Below are positions 54,291 to 64,000 of a stretch of DNA of 64,000 bases, piece after piece. Each line of letters starts with the position of its first letter. The first letter of the stretch is position 1. The notes below the pieces were generated by a model. That model made no database searches and was not told the origin of the DNA. It saw nothing but the letters and a program-made list of their open reading frames with translations. The translations under genes and the position numbers were made by a program. The DNA lies in assembly GCA_036172245.1 (NCBI GenBank), contig JAYWIR010000013.1, forward strand, positions 62,001 to 126,000, read 5' to 3'. This stretch comes from Raillietiella orientalis. Lineage: Eukaryota.

Positions 54291-54345
54291 ACTCTTTTAG
54301 TACATGCAGTACAAATAGCTTCCAATTATTAAGAAATAAAGAGTA
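54291..54345 (+). tRNA. trnG: NUMT tRNA-Gly(TCC), T-arm-less
   Basis: Acceptor actcttt/aaagagt; D arm gtac/gtac; anticodon arm aatag-cttccaa-ttatt; 7-nt TV-replacement loop. Confidence 0.88.
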
Positions 54346-54399
54346 GTTCTTTTAGTGTAAACAACACATTATCCCTTCAAGATAAAAATTTTACGAATT
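54346..54399 (+). tRNA. trnE: NUMT tRNA, probably Glu(TTC), T-arm-less
   Basis: D arm gtgt/acac; anticodon arm ttatc-ccttcaa-gataa; imperfect acceptor stem. Confidence 0.65.
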
Positions 54400-54452
54400 T
54401 GAGTTCAGCCTGAGCATATCCCTGTTAATGATAAAAATTACCCCAACTCAAA
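54399..54452 (+). tRNA. trnN: NUMT tRNA-Asn(GTT), T-arm-less
   Basis: Acceptor ttgagtt/aactcaa; anticodon arm tatcc-ctgttaa-tgata. Confidence 0.75.
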
Positions 54453-54464
54453 CTCTCTATCAAC

Positions 54465-54519
54465 CGTCCATTATTTCCTAAGCACTTTCAACGCTTCGCT
54501 CTACATAAACTCAAAAGAC
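54465..54519 (-). tRNA. trnF: NUMT tRNA-Phe(GAA), T-arm-less
   Basis: Minus strand: acceptor gtctttt/aatggac; D arm gttt/gagc; anticodon arm aagcg-ttgaaag-tgctt. Confidence 0.75.
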
Positions 54520-54522
54520 AAT

Positions 54523-54579
54523 TAAAATTATACTCAAAATAATAACATTTGTTTTGCAAACAAAAATTTCTAATTTTAT
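54523..54579. tRNA. NUMT tRNA of ambiguous identity: Ala(TGC) on + or D-arm-less Cys(GCA) on -
   Basis: Acceptor taaaatt/aatttta; anticodon arm tttgt-tttgcaa-acaaa, which reads tttgt-ttgcaaa-acaaa on the minus strand. Confidence 0.65.
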
Positions 54580-54621
54580 TAATAATTCCAAACAATATCT
54601 TAGAGCTGCACTCCACACAAT

Positions 54622-54675
54622 GAGACAACATCAGGGACTTCTGATCCCTCAACAGTGGCGTACCATTTTGTCCCT
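54622..54675 (+). tRNA. trnS1: NUMT tRNA-Ser1(TCT), D-arm-less
   Basis: Acceptor gagacaa/ttgtccc; anticodon arm aggga-cttctga-tccct; T arm agtgg/ccatt. Confidence 0.8.
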
Positions 54676-54686
54676 TCTATTAAGGA

Positions 54687-54719
54687 ATAGTACTTTTACC
54701 ATCTCTTTTTCTTATCACT

Positions 54720-54750
<31 letters not shown>

Positions 54751-55035
54751 AATAATCATTAAAAAAACTACATCCCAATTGAATTACAATACCTGAACTC
54801 CCTTCGAATGCGGATTTGATCCAAAAAACAATGCGCGCTTCACGTTCTCTGTCCAATTCTTCGTAGCTACAATCATCTTAATTTTCGATACTGAATCAGC
54901 CAATCTTCTCCCGCTACCCCTCCTCCCACTATCCCTTACACTTTCCGCAACTATTCCACCGACGTCATTAATTCATTTTTTGATCTCAGGATTGAAATAT
55001 GAACTTCATACCGGCTCCATCTCATGAATACCCTT
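54687..55035 (+). pseudogene. nad3: Mitochondrial NADH dehydrogenase subunit 3 pseudogene
   Basis: [50 protein letters not shown]; frameshifts at the (TC)13 tract and before IFD. Confidence 0.93.
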
Positions 55036-55085
55036 AGACAAAAGTGGCAACACAGTTGGTTTCGACCTAACCTTAAATTCGTCTT
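55036..55085 (+). tRNA. trnR: NUMT tRNA-Arg(TCG), T-arm-less
   Basis: Acceptor agacaaa/ttcgtct; D arm gtg/cac; anticodon arm gttgg-tttcgac-ctaac. Confidence 0.8.
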
Positions 55086-55192
55086 TCTCTGCTAAACCAC
55101 AGCATTCCCAGAGATATAACTCAGCACAAAATTACAAATTTCATTCCATTAGGATTCCGAGATACCTAACTTTAACTTTGCACAAAGTCATC

Positions 55193-55390
55193 TATGAAAA
55201 TCTCAAATGATGCATAGCGACATACACCATAAATATCCCTACAACGATAACTAATACTCTCCTTACTAGCAACCCCATCCACCGCTCATCAATTACCACC
55301 TACGCATGCTACCATACATTAACTGATGTCTTAATAAACATTATAGCATCCATCTCCTCAACCCATAAATGTAAATGAAAAATTTACAAT
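55193..55390 (-). pseudogene. Probable 3' end of mitochondrial nad5
   Basis: Minus-strand GT-rich hydrophobic frame VVIDERWMGLLVSSVLVIVVGMFMVYVAMHHLSFS*, resembling the ND5 D.GW.E tail; position fits arthropod mtDNA. Weak. Confidence 0.4.
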
Positions 55391-58299
55391 GACGGGGTAC
55401 AGTGGGTGAAGTATCCAAGGGGATCAGAACACCCTACCTCGTCATCCAGCGTTCATGGAAAAAATGCCGCTCGGGGAGCTCATGGTGGCCGCGGAAAGAG
55501 CACGCCGCTGGGGGAACTCCTCCCTAGTCTCCTTCTGGCGTAGTCAACGGACAGCTAACAGAAGGCGGCACGGCATACGCTCTGCTGGATCCATGAACGG
55601 CATGTGCCCCTGCTAAGGGCACTAAGGGCTAGTCAATTAGCAACGTTCGCGGAATCCACACAGATGGCGGAAGGACTAAGCCGCTGGGCTGACCTCCTAG
55701 GCATCCCCTCAGAAAACTTTCAAGTCCCTCAGCGATGTGCGGACACCTCTTTGTCCGTATTGACGAGGCACATCACCCTCCTGTCCCTACACTAGGGTCT
55801 CCACTCGAACGCCGGATTGTCGCGCGAAACTGGAGGAAGGGTTTCCCCGAGTTGCCGCTTCTGTGGCCAGAAGGAAAGCATGGAGCGTGGGCTGTTAGAT
55901 TGCCAAGGAAAGCGACTCCGATGGAGACGCCTGTAGGGAGCAATTAACCTGCCAAGTGACGAAGCCAGAGGCACCTTGCGGCGCTTTTTTATGCGTAGCG
56001 GGCTTCCCGACGCAGCAGTGAAGTGTGTTCAGCAGTGCTGTGGCCCCTGGTACGCGCTAGAACAAGCCTGGAACTGCACAAGCGGAAAATATCCGCGTGG
56101 TGCTCTGCTATCCCACTGCATCGTCAAGCGACGAGGCGTTCCCTGCTTCCAACCACCACGCGGACCAATCCGGCAGAAATCTTGCAGAATCTCAACCGAA
56201 GAAGAGCCGGTCTAGTCAATACCCCCCGATTCCCCCCCCCCCTCTTCCACGGGCTGCCCACCGTCCCTCTGGTCCCACAGGCTAGCAGCCCGCAGAAGTA
56301 TCCCCACTACCCATTCCCTACCCTGTCCACCGAGAACAATGATGAGGAGGCGTTCCCTCCCGCACAATCACTCACTAACTGCAAGGATGCTTGTGTGTTT
56401 ATTGCATAAATAAAGGACCCGGCGTTACCGGCTTCGAACTTGCAGACCGAGGGCGGCAGTGTTCCGCCCGCAGAGACGCTTCCCGAACGGGAACGGGTTG
56501 GGAGATTCGTTCTCCCTGTTCGCACCCAAGCGGGAGCAAGGCGCCTCTTTCTGGCGCCCGCAGGGAGAGCGCGGCTTCATGAAGCACATATTCGCATTTG
56601 ACCCGCTAACGACCTGTCGCGACGATGTATTACGTCCTCCTCCACTCGCTCCCTCCCTGTCGCGGTCGCCACGATCGCGGGAGGAGCTCCCTGGGAGCGC
56701 GGCTCGCCCGATCCTCTCCGAATCCCCCAGTCAGGAAGGCCGCCACCGCCCGCCCAAGCCGAACGCACGCCGCTTCCCCGCTGCATCCAGGAGAGGCAGC
56801 CCACTGCACACTCGGCAGGCGCGGATGCAGGCTGAAGTGACACAATGGTCAGCAGCCTGCCCACGGGAGAACGGAGCCTGCGTATTCCCGAGGGTCCTAA
56901 TGGAGCGACCCGTCGTCTCCTCGATTCCCTCCTTCCCCATCGCCCGACCGGGAGGGAGCGCGGCTCAAACCGAGAAGCACGCTGACTGTCGGCAGGATGA
57001 TGCAGGTGGACTCCAGCGCTCGCGAGCGGCAAGGTCGCCACCTCCCACCTTCACCAGCTCTGAAGAACGGAGCCATGCCCATGACCGGTCTCCATGCTAG
57101 CCGCTGCCTGAGGTCGCGCCCTGCTTCCCTTGCAGCAGGCTCCGCTCCTCTCGAGAACCCGCGTCTCCTTGACCGGGGCTGCTCAACAGACGGGAAGCAG
57201 GGCGACCCGAGGACAGCGACAAGTTTCGCCATCGGAGCTCGCGGACAGCGGAGGAGCCTCCTTCCGCGTCCTCTTAGCAGTAAGACCGGAGTCGCTCTTC
57301 GACTTGCAAATCCGGTCAAGTTGTGCTTCGGGCGAAAGGAACTCGAGCACTCGCATTGCAGATGCGGAAGCAGCGGACGGAGCGCCCTCCCTCGCCTGCG
57401 TTGAAGGAGCGGACGGGGAGCCACTAAGCCGCGCATGGATGCGTCGCTCATGGATCCACGCATAAGCAAGCGTAGGCGCCATGCGTGCTTATGCGTGACG
57501 CCGATGACGACGCTCCGAGAACAGGCGACCGCAGCGGGATCCGGCAACCCCCACGACGAGTGGGGTCGCCTCGCTTCCGTGTAAGTGCAGCCATTCCGTC
57601 CAGGCATTCAGACGCTCCTCCTCCCCTGGCCACGAGTGACGGTTGGACGCTTCCTTCGGGAAAGAGAAGACGATGCAACGGATGCTACGAGGGCTGCAGC
57701 ACCATCCTTGTGGATCCACCGCTATGATGAGCGGTCCGAGGCCACCGGAGGGTAGGCGCCATTCCACACCGTTTGGGCTGAGACGCGCCGTTCGACCCAG
57801 GGCCTTTGGGATTCCAGCTCGGCGATCGCCAAACCTTGACCACCGCTCTCTTCGCAATGGAGGGAAGCTGCCGGGAGGCAAGGAAGCTCTCGTCGTCTTC
57901 TCTTCGGTGGGGCTGCAGACATCGGAACCTCGTTTCTCGTTCCCTCTGAGCCTCCTGGGACGAGCGCGTTGCTCGTGGCAACGAGCGCAGAAAAGGACGG
58001 AAGCTCTGCCTTGCAGCCCCACGAAGAGCGCAAACTTTTCCGTAGCAGCGTCACGGCACCTATTCGAGGCATGGACGAGCTCGCGTCACGAGTCCCCTGC
58101 AAGACCGCGGCAGTTTCGGGCGTCGGTCGTTCGCGTGCTCCTCGCATCCGAGTCGAACCCCTGCGGATCCGCAGCCGAACGGTCGGCTGCTTCCGTGTCG
58201 CAGCAGTCAGAGCTTGACGACGCTGTTGGCATGGATGGCAAAATTGCGACTCTCTCCAAACTTTTCGCCTCCGTATACTCGGCAATGTGCAGCAGCAGT

Positions 58300-60100
58300 T
58301 GCTTCCAGTGAAGGTCGCAATCAGCGCCCATAATGAACACGAGGAACCAGTGGCTGATTCATCGCAACCGCTCTGAATGCTTGGGAGAAGGACCGTGCCG
58401 GGCTCGCACTTGGACAGAGACGTCCTGCACGCAGTCCTTCGGAACGAGCAGCACAGCCAGGTGTAGGCGAAGAGGTCGTCCGGCTCTCAGTGCGGAAGAA
58501 GGCGGCTTTCGCAAAGCGCGTGAATCCTAGGACAGAGGAAGGCTGCCTTCCTGGGAACCACTTCCGGATCGGATCCAGGAAAAAAATCAACAGCTCGCTA
58601 GCGAATTGGCGCTCATGAGCGCACGGAAAAGTCTGAAAGCACCAAAGCGTTGCATTGGGGAGAGAATGGTAGAGATGCCGCTCGCCATCTAGCAATGGAT
58701 GCATGAAGCTTGGTCACGGAAGATCGCGGGTATCGTTGCGCGGTCATGCGTGCAGAGCGCGATGTAGAAAGAGAGGTGGACCAAAATATAAAACCCAACG
58801 GCAGCTGAAGAGAGGACCCGAAGTGCCGCCAATTCGGAGGTCTGGCCCAAACCTTTTCTTTTTTTTCTTTTTTTTCCAAAAAGCAAGAATATGAACTGGA
58901 AGACAAGCGGTATCTGCAGCATCGACGAGTTGTCTCTGAAAGCACCTCGCGTCTCTGTTACGACACGGATGTCATGTTGAGCGTGAGGCTTGTTTCCCAT
59001 TGCTGCCTGCCTTCACCGAACGAGTCTTCCTGGCATCGGTATGACAACTGCGTCGTTTGTTCCACGGGGAGCGCATGCGCACTTCCGACTTGCGGTCTCT
59101 GCTCCTTGACGTGTTGCAAACCCCCGCTGCACGCTGATGCAATGCGCGGAGCGTGGCCTGCAACTTTGCGCGCGCGCCCTTTCGGGTGTCGACATCCGGG
59201 AAGATGCCGCAAGGGAAAAGAGGGCACGAGAGAGATAAACCTTCCTTGTGTAGTGGAGGGTGGATTTCCGTGGCAGAACCGAAGAGGACGGAGAAAACAA
59301 AGGAGCCACGTCGGTGCTGAGTTCCATTTCCAGAAATCCGTCTACTCTTCGAGTCCCCTCTTCACGGCTGCTCTCTTTCGCTGTAGTTTTGATTTTGTTC
59401 TCTTTCCTGTTGCCGCTATGACTGGAGGAACGCCAACCGAAGTCAAAAGCGCCACCTGCTTAGATGACCCTCTCCGGTGGCCTGTCCTATCGCCCCGCGA
59501 CTTTTCCTGCGCCGCAGTCCCCATTGGCGAAAGCGGTGGCGACGCACCGAAAGGCTGCTTCGTGCCTCTGACTGCTCTGTTTGGGACGCAAAGGTCCGCG
59601 GAACTGCTGAGGATTGGACGGTTCAAGGAGATGCCTGTGCTCGACTGAGGAGCGTAAGGTTCTCTGCAGCGGACGGTCGCTTCGGAGCGTCCTTCCCTCC
59701 GGCGAGCCAGCACTCTGCTCGTTTCGGTTCGCCTTCGAGCTGCATGTGATGACGGCGAAGATTCTCCGAAGCTTACGAGACTCGAGCACCATTTTGATGA
59801 CAGCAATGTCTGCTCGAAGAATCTGCGAGCGAGATGATGCTGTCCGTCCGTGACGATTGGAAAATTCTGGTTGCTTCGGTGCTGCCTTAGATTCGCATCG
59901 GAAAGGTGCATCTGAGGCACCCGCGGGCGTCTTGTTCCCTTTTACGGTTCCTTCACGAGCGGTAATAATGCTCCTTGTCTTACTTACTCTCTCTTGGTTT
60001 GCTCTTCGTGAAGAGCATATTCGCATTTGGCACCTTCATCAGTGGTGCCTCTTTTCGAATAGAAAGCTGCAGGTCATGGCTGGTGCCAAAGGGGTTTTTC
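58300..60100 (-). mobile_element. Decayed L1-like RT/3' fragment
   Basis: SRVLARR, RGTKQPFGASPPLSP (RG.RQG.PLSP-like) and a degenerate zinc-finger-like region in order. Confidence 0.35.
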
Positions 60101-60299
60101 TTGTAAAGATGTGAGGGATGAAAAGAACGATGAGTTTTATTTTTCCTCTTTCTCGCTTCAGACTTGTCTTCTCATAGGACTTCTTTTTTTTTCTTCTGGT
60201 ATCCAGATGTCCTGGGACTAATCCAGCTCTCCGTGGAAATAATTAATTAACCTTAAGTAATCTTTGCATTTGTGGAAACTCGGATCCGGTATTTATGAA

Positions 60300-63240
60300 G
60301 GATGCTTTTTTTCTTTGTTCGTTGGCATGGGATGGTTCGTCTAATCGGTTCCGTCGAAAATATGATGTGTAGCACAACTTCTTTGCTAAGTAGTTGCACA
60401 GCTTCCATGCACTCTCAGTTCCTGGGAGAGAAGTCCGAAGGGTTCACTCCAGATCCCCGGCTAGTCAGAGTTACAATCCGAGAGCTTCCCACCAATTCAC
60501 AATCCAGTCCCCAATCTTCAGCCTTCCGTGTTCCGTCTTGCGGGGGCATCGAAACCTACCACGGTTTATGCCGACGCCTTTGCCACATAGGCACCAGTGC
60601 TGGCAGCTACTGGGCTCCGAAATGCTGTAGGCATTAGAGTTAGGAGATTTGTCCTGAATCATCAATATCTGCAGTTTTCCACTTTAGTCCAGTACGTAGG
60701 TTATCGGGAAAGGCGAGTGGATGCGGTCGTTGCTCGTTGTGGAAACAGTGCCCTTTTGTGGCTTAATTTCTTGGAACCGAGTGGATGAGTGTCCCAATCT
60801 TGTGCTTTGCACTCCGAAGTACAAACTGCCGCCACACCATCTACTTGTCAGAACTGGGAGTTACCGATCAAGGGAGAAAGTAATCGGAAAAAGACACTCT
60901 TGGCTCATCCGTGGACACTGCACACCTCTCCTATCTTGCCTGTGCTCTCTTACCAATTACCTTCGACGCGAGTTTGCTTCGAATCATTCGATAATTTGAG
61001 CGTTCGCATGTTTTGCCACGGCTGAAGTTCTGTAGAACGAAATAGAGAAACAGTTGAAGAGAAGAGCTACGTTCTCCGAGATGAGGACATCAAAGCAACA
61101 TTCACTCGAGAACAGCACGCTCGGGCAGCTTCGCGTGCCTGCTAGCGGCAAGTCATCAAGACGTCTGCATCCTCGACTGATCCTTGATGGTATGCTCGAT
61201 CTCCGCGACCATGCAGCCATAATTCTTTTGCTCACTGAGATCGGCGGCTCTGGATTCGTTCAAATGCGCTTTTCCCTAGCCGACTTTCCAGTGCCCAACG
61301 CTTCGTGATCCCGATCGATGGTACCAAAGACCATTATCACATCTTCGCTTTTATTATGGAAGGACGCACATACGTCCTACAAATCGCTCCTCTATTGTGT
61401 CACGCGCCTGCTTTCCACCTCGTCGTCTTCATGTAATCCACATGCATCGGACCGTGGCCGAATCCAAAGGCTCAAATGACACCAGAACTGCAGAATGAGC
61501 ATCCACTGCAAAAAAAAAGAAGCACTTAATCAAAAAAATTGCTTCGTCACCTGAAAGGTCAAATGCACGGGACGCCAAAGACAGCCCTGACCTTAGTGAT
61601 GAACCCCGTGAGCCACCGATACAGGGAGGGACTGAGTGTTCATGACTGAATGTGTAGAAAATGCAGTGTGCGGCACTGCCGCCTCTGATTCCGTTGTCAT
61701 CATGCACAGATTCTTCAAATGACACATTTTGTGCTTTTTGACCACTCTGCTAAAAGATTCTCTGCACCCTCAGCTTTGCCATAAGAGCAGCAAAGGTAAC
61801 AGTGATGATCAGGCTAACAGAAATAATAAAAAGAGATCACTTAAACCAGCGTGTGAAAGAATGTGGTCGATTGTGATGAAGATCATACCTGGAAGATGGT
61901 TGGAAAGAAGGCAGCAAACATCATACTTCAGGCATCTCCTTCTCAGCGAAGCAGATTTTTGTTTGACAAATTATAGATTGATTCACACACAGTGACCCAT
62001 CCTTATGCCTACTCAGGGAATCATCCACCAGAGACGGCACTCATCCTCAGTAGAGAGGGCGAAGAGGAAGAATCCGCGAAGAATCGACGGATGAAATATC
62101 CGACAAATTCTTCTGCAAGCTAGTGAGACAGATTGAGATGATCACACTGAAACTCTGGTAACCATTTTCAGCATCAGAAGAGGAGACAGGCAGAGTCAAG
62201 CGATGGAAACTCCCGCTTCGCCTGATAATCTTTTCCTTTTAAGATCGATCGAATCAACAGATTTCTTCCAATTAAACACATCGTTAACGTCCCCAGGAAG
62301 AGTTTTAGTTAACAAAAGTTGAGTTCTCATAGGATATTCCGTAGATCTAGTGACTCTGGAAGAAGTAGCACCAGCTCTTCCTTGCAAAATCTTTCTGTGA
62401 AGACTCCTTGGCTAAGGTGGCACAACTTGGCTGAAAGCTGAGTTCGCACTCAAAGCAAGGCATCTGGCCTGGAGATTTCACATCAACCCGGAAAGATTCG
62501 CCTGTTTCTCAAGAAAAAAAGTTGAAAGGCGTTTCTTCGATTCTTCATCATTACTTTCCCCATCTTTCTGACTCGTGGGATCCAGATACAACATCCGAAG
62601 AATGCCTATTGCTCATGGCCAGTCCTTTATTTGCTTCTGCGCCATTCCATCGTCCCATTCCTGTTTTCAGTGTTGAAAAAGAGACAGCTTTGTATGTGAC
62701 CTTGTTTCCTCATAGAAACTCGCCATGAGCAAAAGGCATTGTTCGGATGCTACATCTGGATCCTAATACACTGGGTAACGTTTCCGATGCAACTTGCTGA
62801 GTCAGAATTTGTGGTGCATAAAGTCCACTGACTGCAGGAGACCGACGTATTTTTTTGTTCGGATAGTGGTGAAACCAAGCGACTTACACGAAGCAAAGGC
62901 TAAGAAAACTGGTGATGGACCGATGCAGCCTTCAGTACTGCATAACCACTGCAGGATCCATGAGCGTGGAAGGCCATCACCACTACAGCATCACAACCCA
63001 TCCACTCGCTTCCAAGCAATTTCTCCGAACCTCTGCTTCATGTTCCATGATTTCTGTGGTCCATGTCGAACTGCAGCAAACTTGGACTTTGTTTCCGACA
63101 AATGAGAAGCGACCTTATGCAGGTGCGACAGCCACGTATCTTGGCACTCAACGAGGACGCCATGGGTACAGCTGGTGCATTTTCTTTGCAGGCTCGGATG
63201 GCCATGCCTGCAATTGCTCTCATCCCCCCATCGTTCAGCT
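60300..63240 (-). mobile_element. Decayed BEL/Pao LTR retrotransposon pol
   Basis: RGCRRLDDLPLAGTR..LLFNCFS (integrase N-terminal remnant) and LKIGD (C-terminal domain remnant); many stops. Confidence 0.45.
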
Positions 63241-63242
63241 GA

Positions 63243-64000
63243 TGCTCGCCACGCGCTAAGCTAATCGACTCCGTCGGGGAATTCCATTTGACCCTCCACT
63301 GGACACGCAGCATTCCACGTGAAACCGACCAGCAACGGCGGCGCCACTGAAGAAGGCAACACGGTCGCACTTTGCGGTTTTCGTTCAGGAGCTCCAAATC
63401 TCAGCAAGGCGCCTTGCCGAGAAGAAAAACTCCTTGCTGTGTTTGGCTCTTCTGAAAGAGGGAGACTTTCGACCTCAGCGGAAACTGTTGCCATGGGTCT
63501 CAGCAGGACGGAATCCCTATTCGACGTAGCTGTCTTCCACGTCCTTGAATTCTTTCCTTCTTTCGGCTATCTTCATGGTTTGATTTGCTGGCACCTCAAG
63601 AACCGCTGCTCCATGAGGCATTTGCCAGTGGCCCCAGCAAGCAGCTCAGCATACGAAAACACGCACTGCAACAGCAACAACTGGCAGCGCCCGAGATGAG
63701 CACCCGTCATATGGATGAGCCGCGCTTCCGGGTGGGCGAGGTGACTGCTGAGTGCCAAACTGGAGAAGTGCCTCGTATATACTTACGTGTGTACCTCACG
63801 CGCATCATTCAAATCTATGCGTAGGTGCATAAGGATTCGGAAATGCAGGAAAAGCTGTGAGACAGCCTCTGTTGCCATCCTTCCCGCGTTCTGAAGAATG
63901 CGAGAAGGACTTTCCCTGGTGTTTTCGCTGGCAGGGCATGCGGTGGACTTGTAGGGCTATCACTCCCTCAGTTGGCCGACTGCACCCACCCTCCTCTCCG
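63243..64000. repeat. Inverted copy of 22387-23545; runs to the window end
   Basis: Reverse-complement match; lacks ~22926-23449 and has ~135 extra nt at ~63774-63908. Confidence 0.88.

Larger units (their letters stand above)
53706..55390. other. Nuclear mitochondrial DNA insertion (NUMT), ~1.7 kb
   Basis: Abrupt switch to AT-rich, G-poor sequence containing cox3, mt-tRNAs and nad3 readable in the invertebrate mitochondrial code; LINE sequence on both sides. Confidence 0.95.
50200..56413 (+). mobile_element. Defective L1/Tx1-clade non-LTR retrotransposon interrupted by a NUMT
   Basis: ORF1 knuckle-like CQSCRTSSHAMATSC (~50510-50555); DITQEVRRFYTSLYS; EPFTGEEV..LKPGKAPGEDDLLGEFFK; WRPIALANTDVKLFSK; DMQKAFDSVD; RGVRQGDSPSPLLF; YADD; LLWGGGRARV..PKNRAGLG. 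After the NUMT: SPSCRFCGQKESMERGLLDC zinc finger (~55840-55905) and terminal AATAAA (~56408-56413). RT is split by several frameshifts; 5' boundary approximate. Confidence 0.9.

Noticed and set aside
55110..55172. Additional minus-strand mt-tRNA (Thr/Tyr-like)
   Set aside because: Stems are weak and the anticodon register is ambiguous; cannot be supported by eye.
53706..55390. Genuine mitochondrial contig or contamination
   Set aside because: Frameshifts and substitutions at conserved residues, plus continuous LINE flanks, indicate a nuclear pseudogene; read-level confirmation is still needed.

Overview
Eukaryotic nuclear DNA, probably arthropod and most likely crustacean (inferred from spliceosomal introns, a BP10/SpAN-type astacin, (TTAGG)3 and an invertebrate-code mtDNA insert). 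Three intact multi-exon genes lie on the minus strand, each reconstructed by hand with GT-AG junctions and open frames: an astacin-EGF-CUB metalloprotease (4969-8884), a LysM-domain LYSMD1/2-like gene (14445-15907) and a pepsin/cathepsin D-family aspartic protease (24479-30012). Most of the rest is decayed retroelements (L1/Tx1 LINEs, BEL/Pao, Ty3/gypsy), a tRNA-derived SINE-like family and dispersed repeats. The most unusual feature is a ~1.7 kb mitochondrial insertion (NUMT) inside an L1/Tx1 element, between its RT and C-terminal zinc finger. It contains cox3, a cluster of arm-less tRNAs, nad3, trnR and probably nad5, in a rearranged order. The host LINE has a ~99% identical inverted copy at the window start. 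Nearly all ORFs in the supplied track are GC-rich spurious frames. All calls are by eye; no searches were run.
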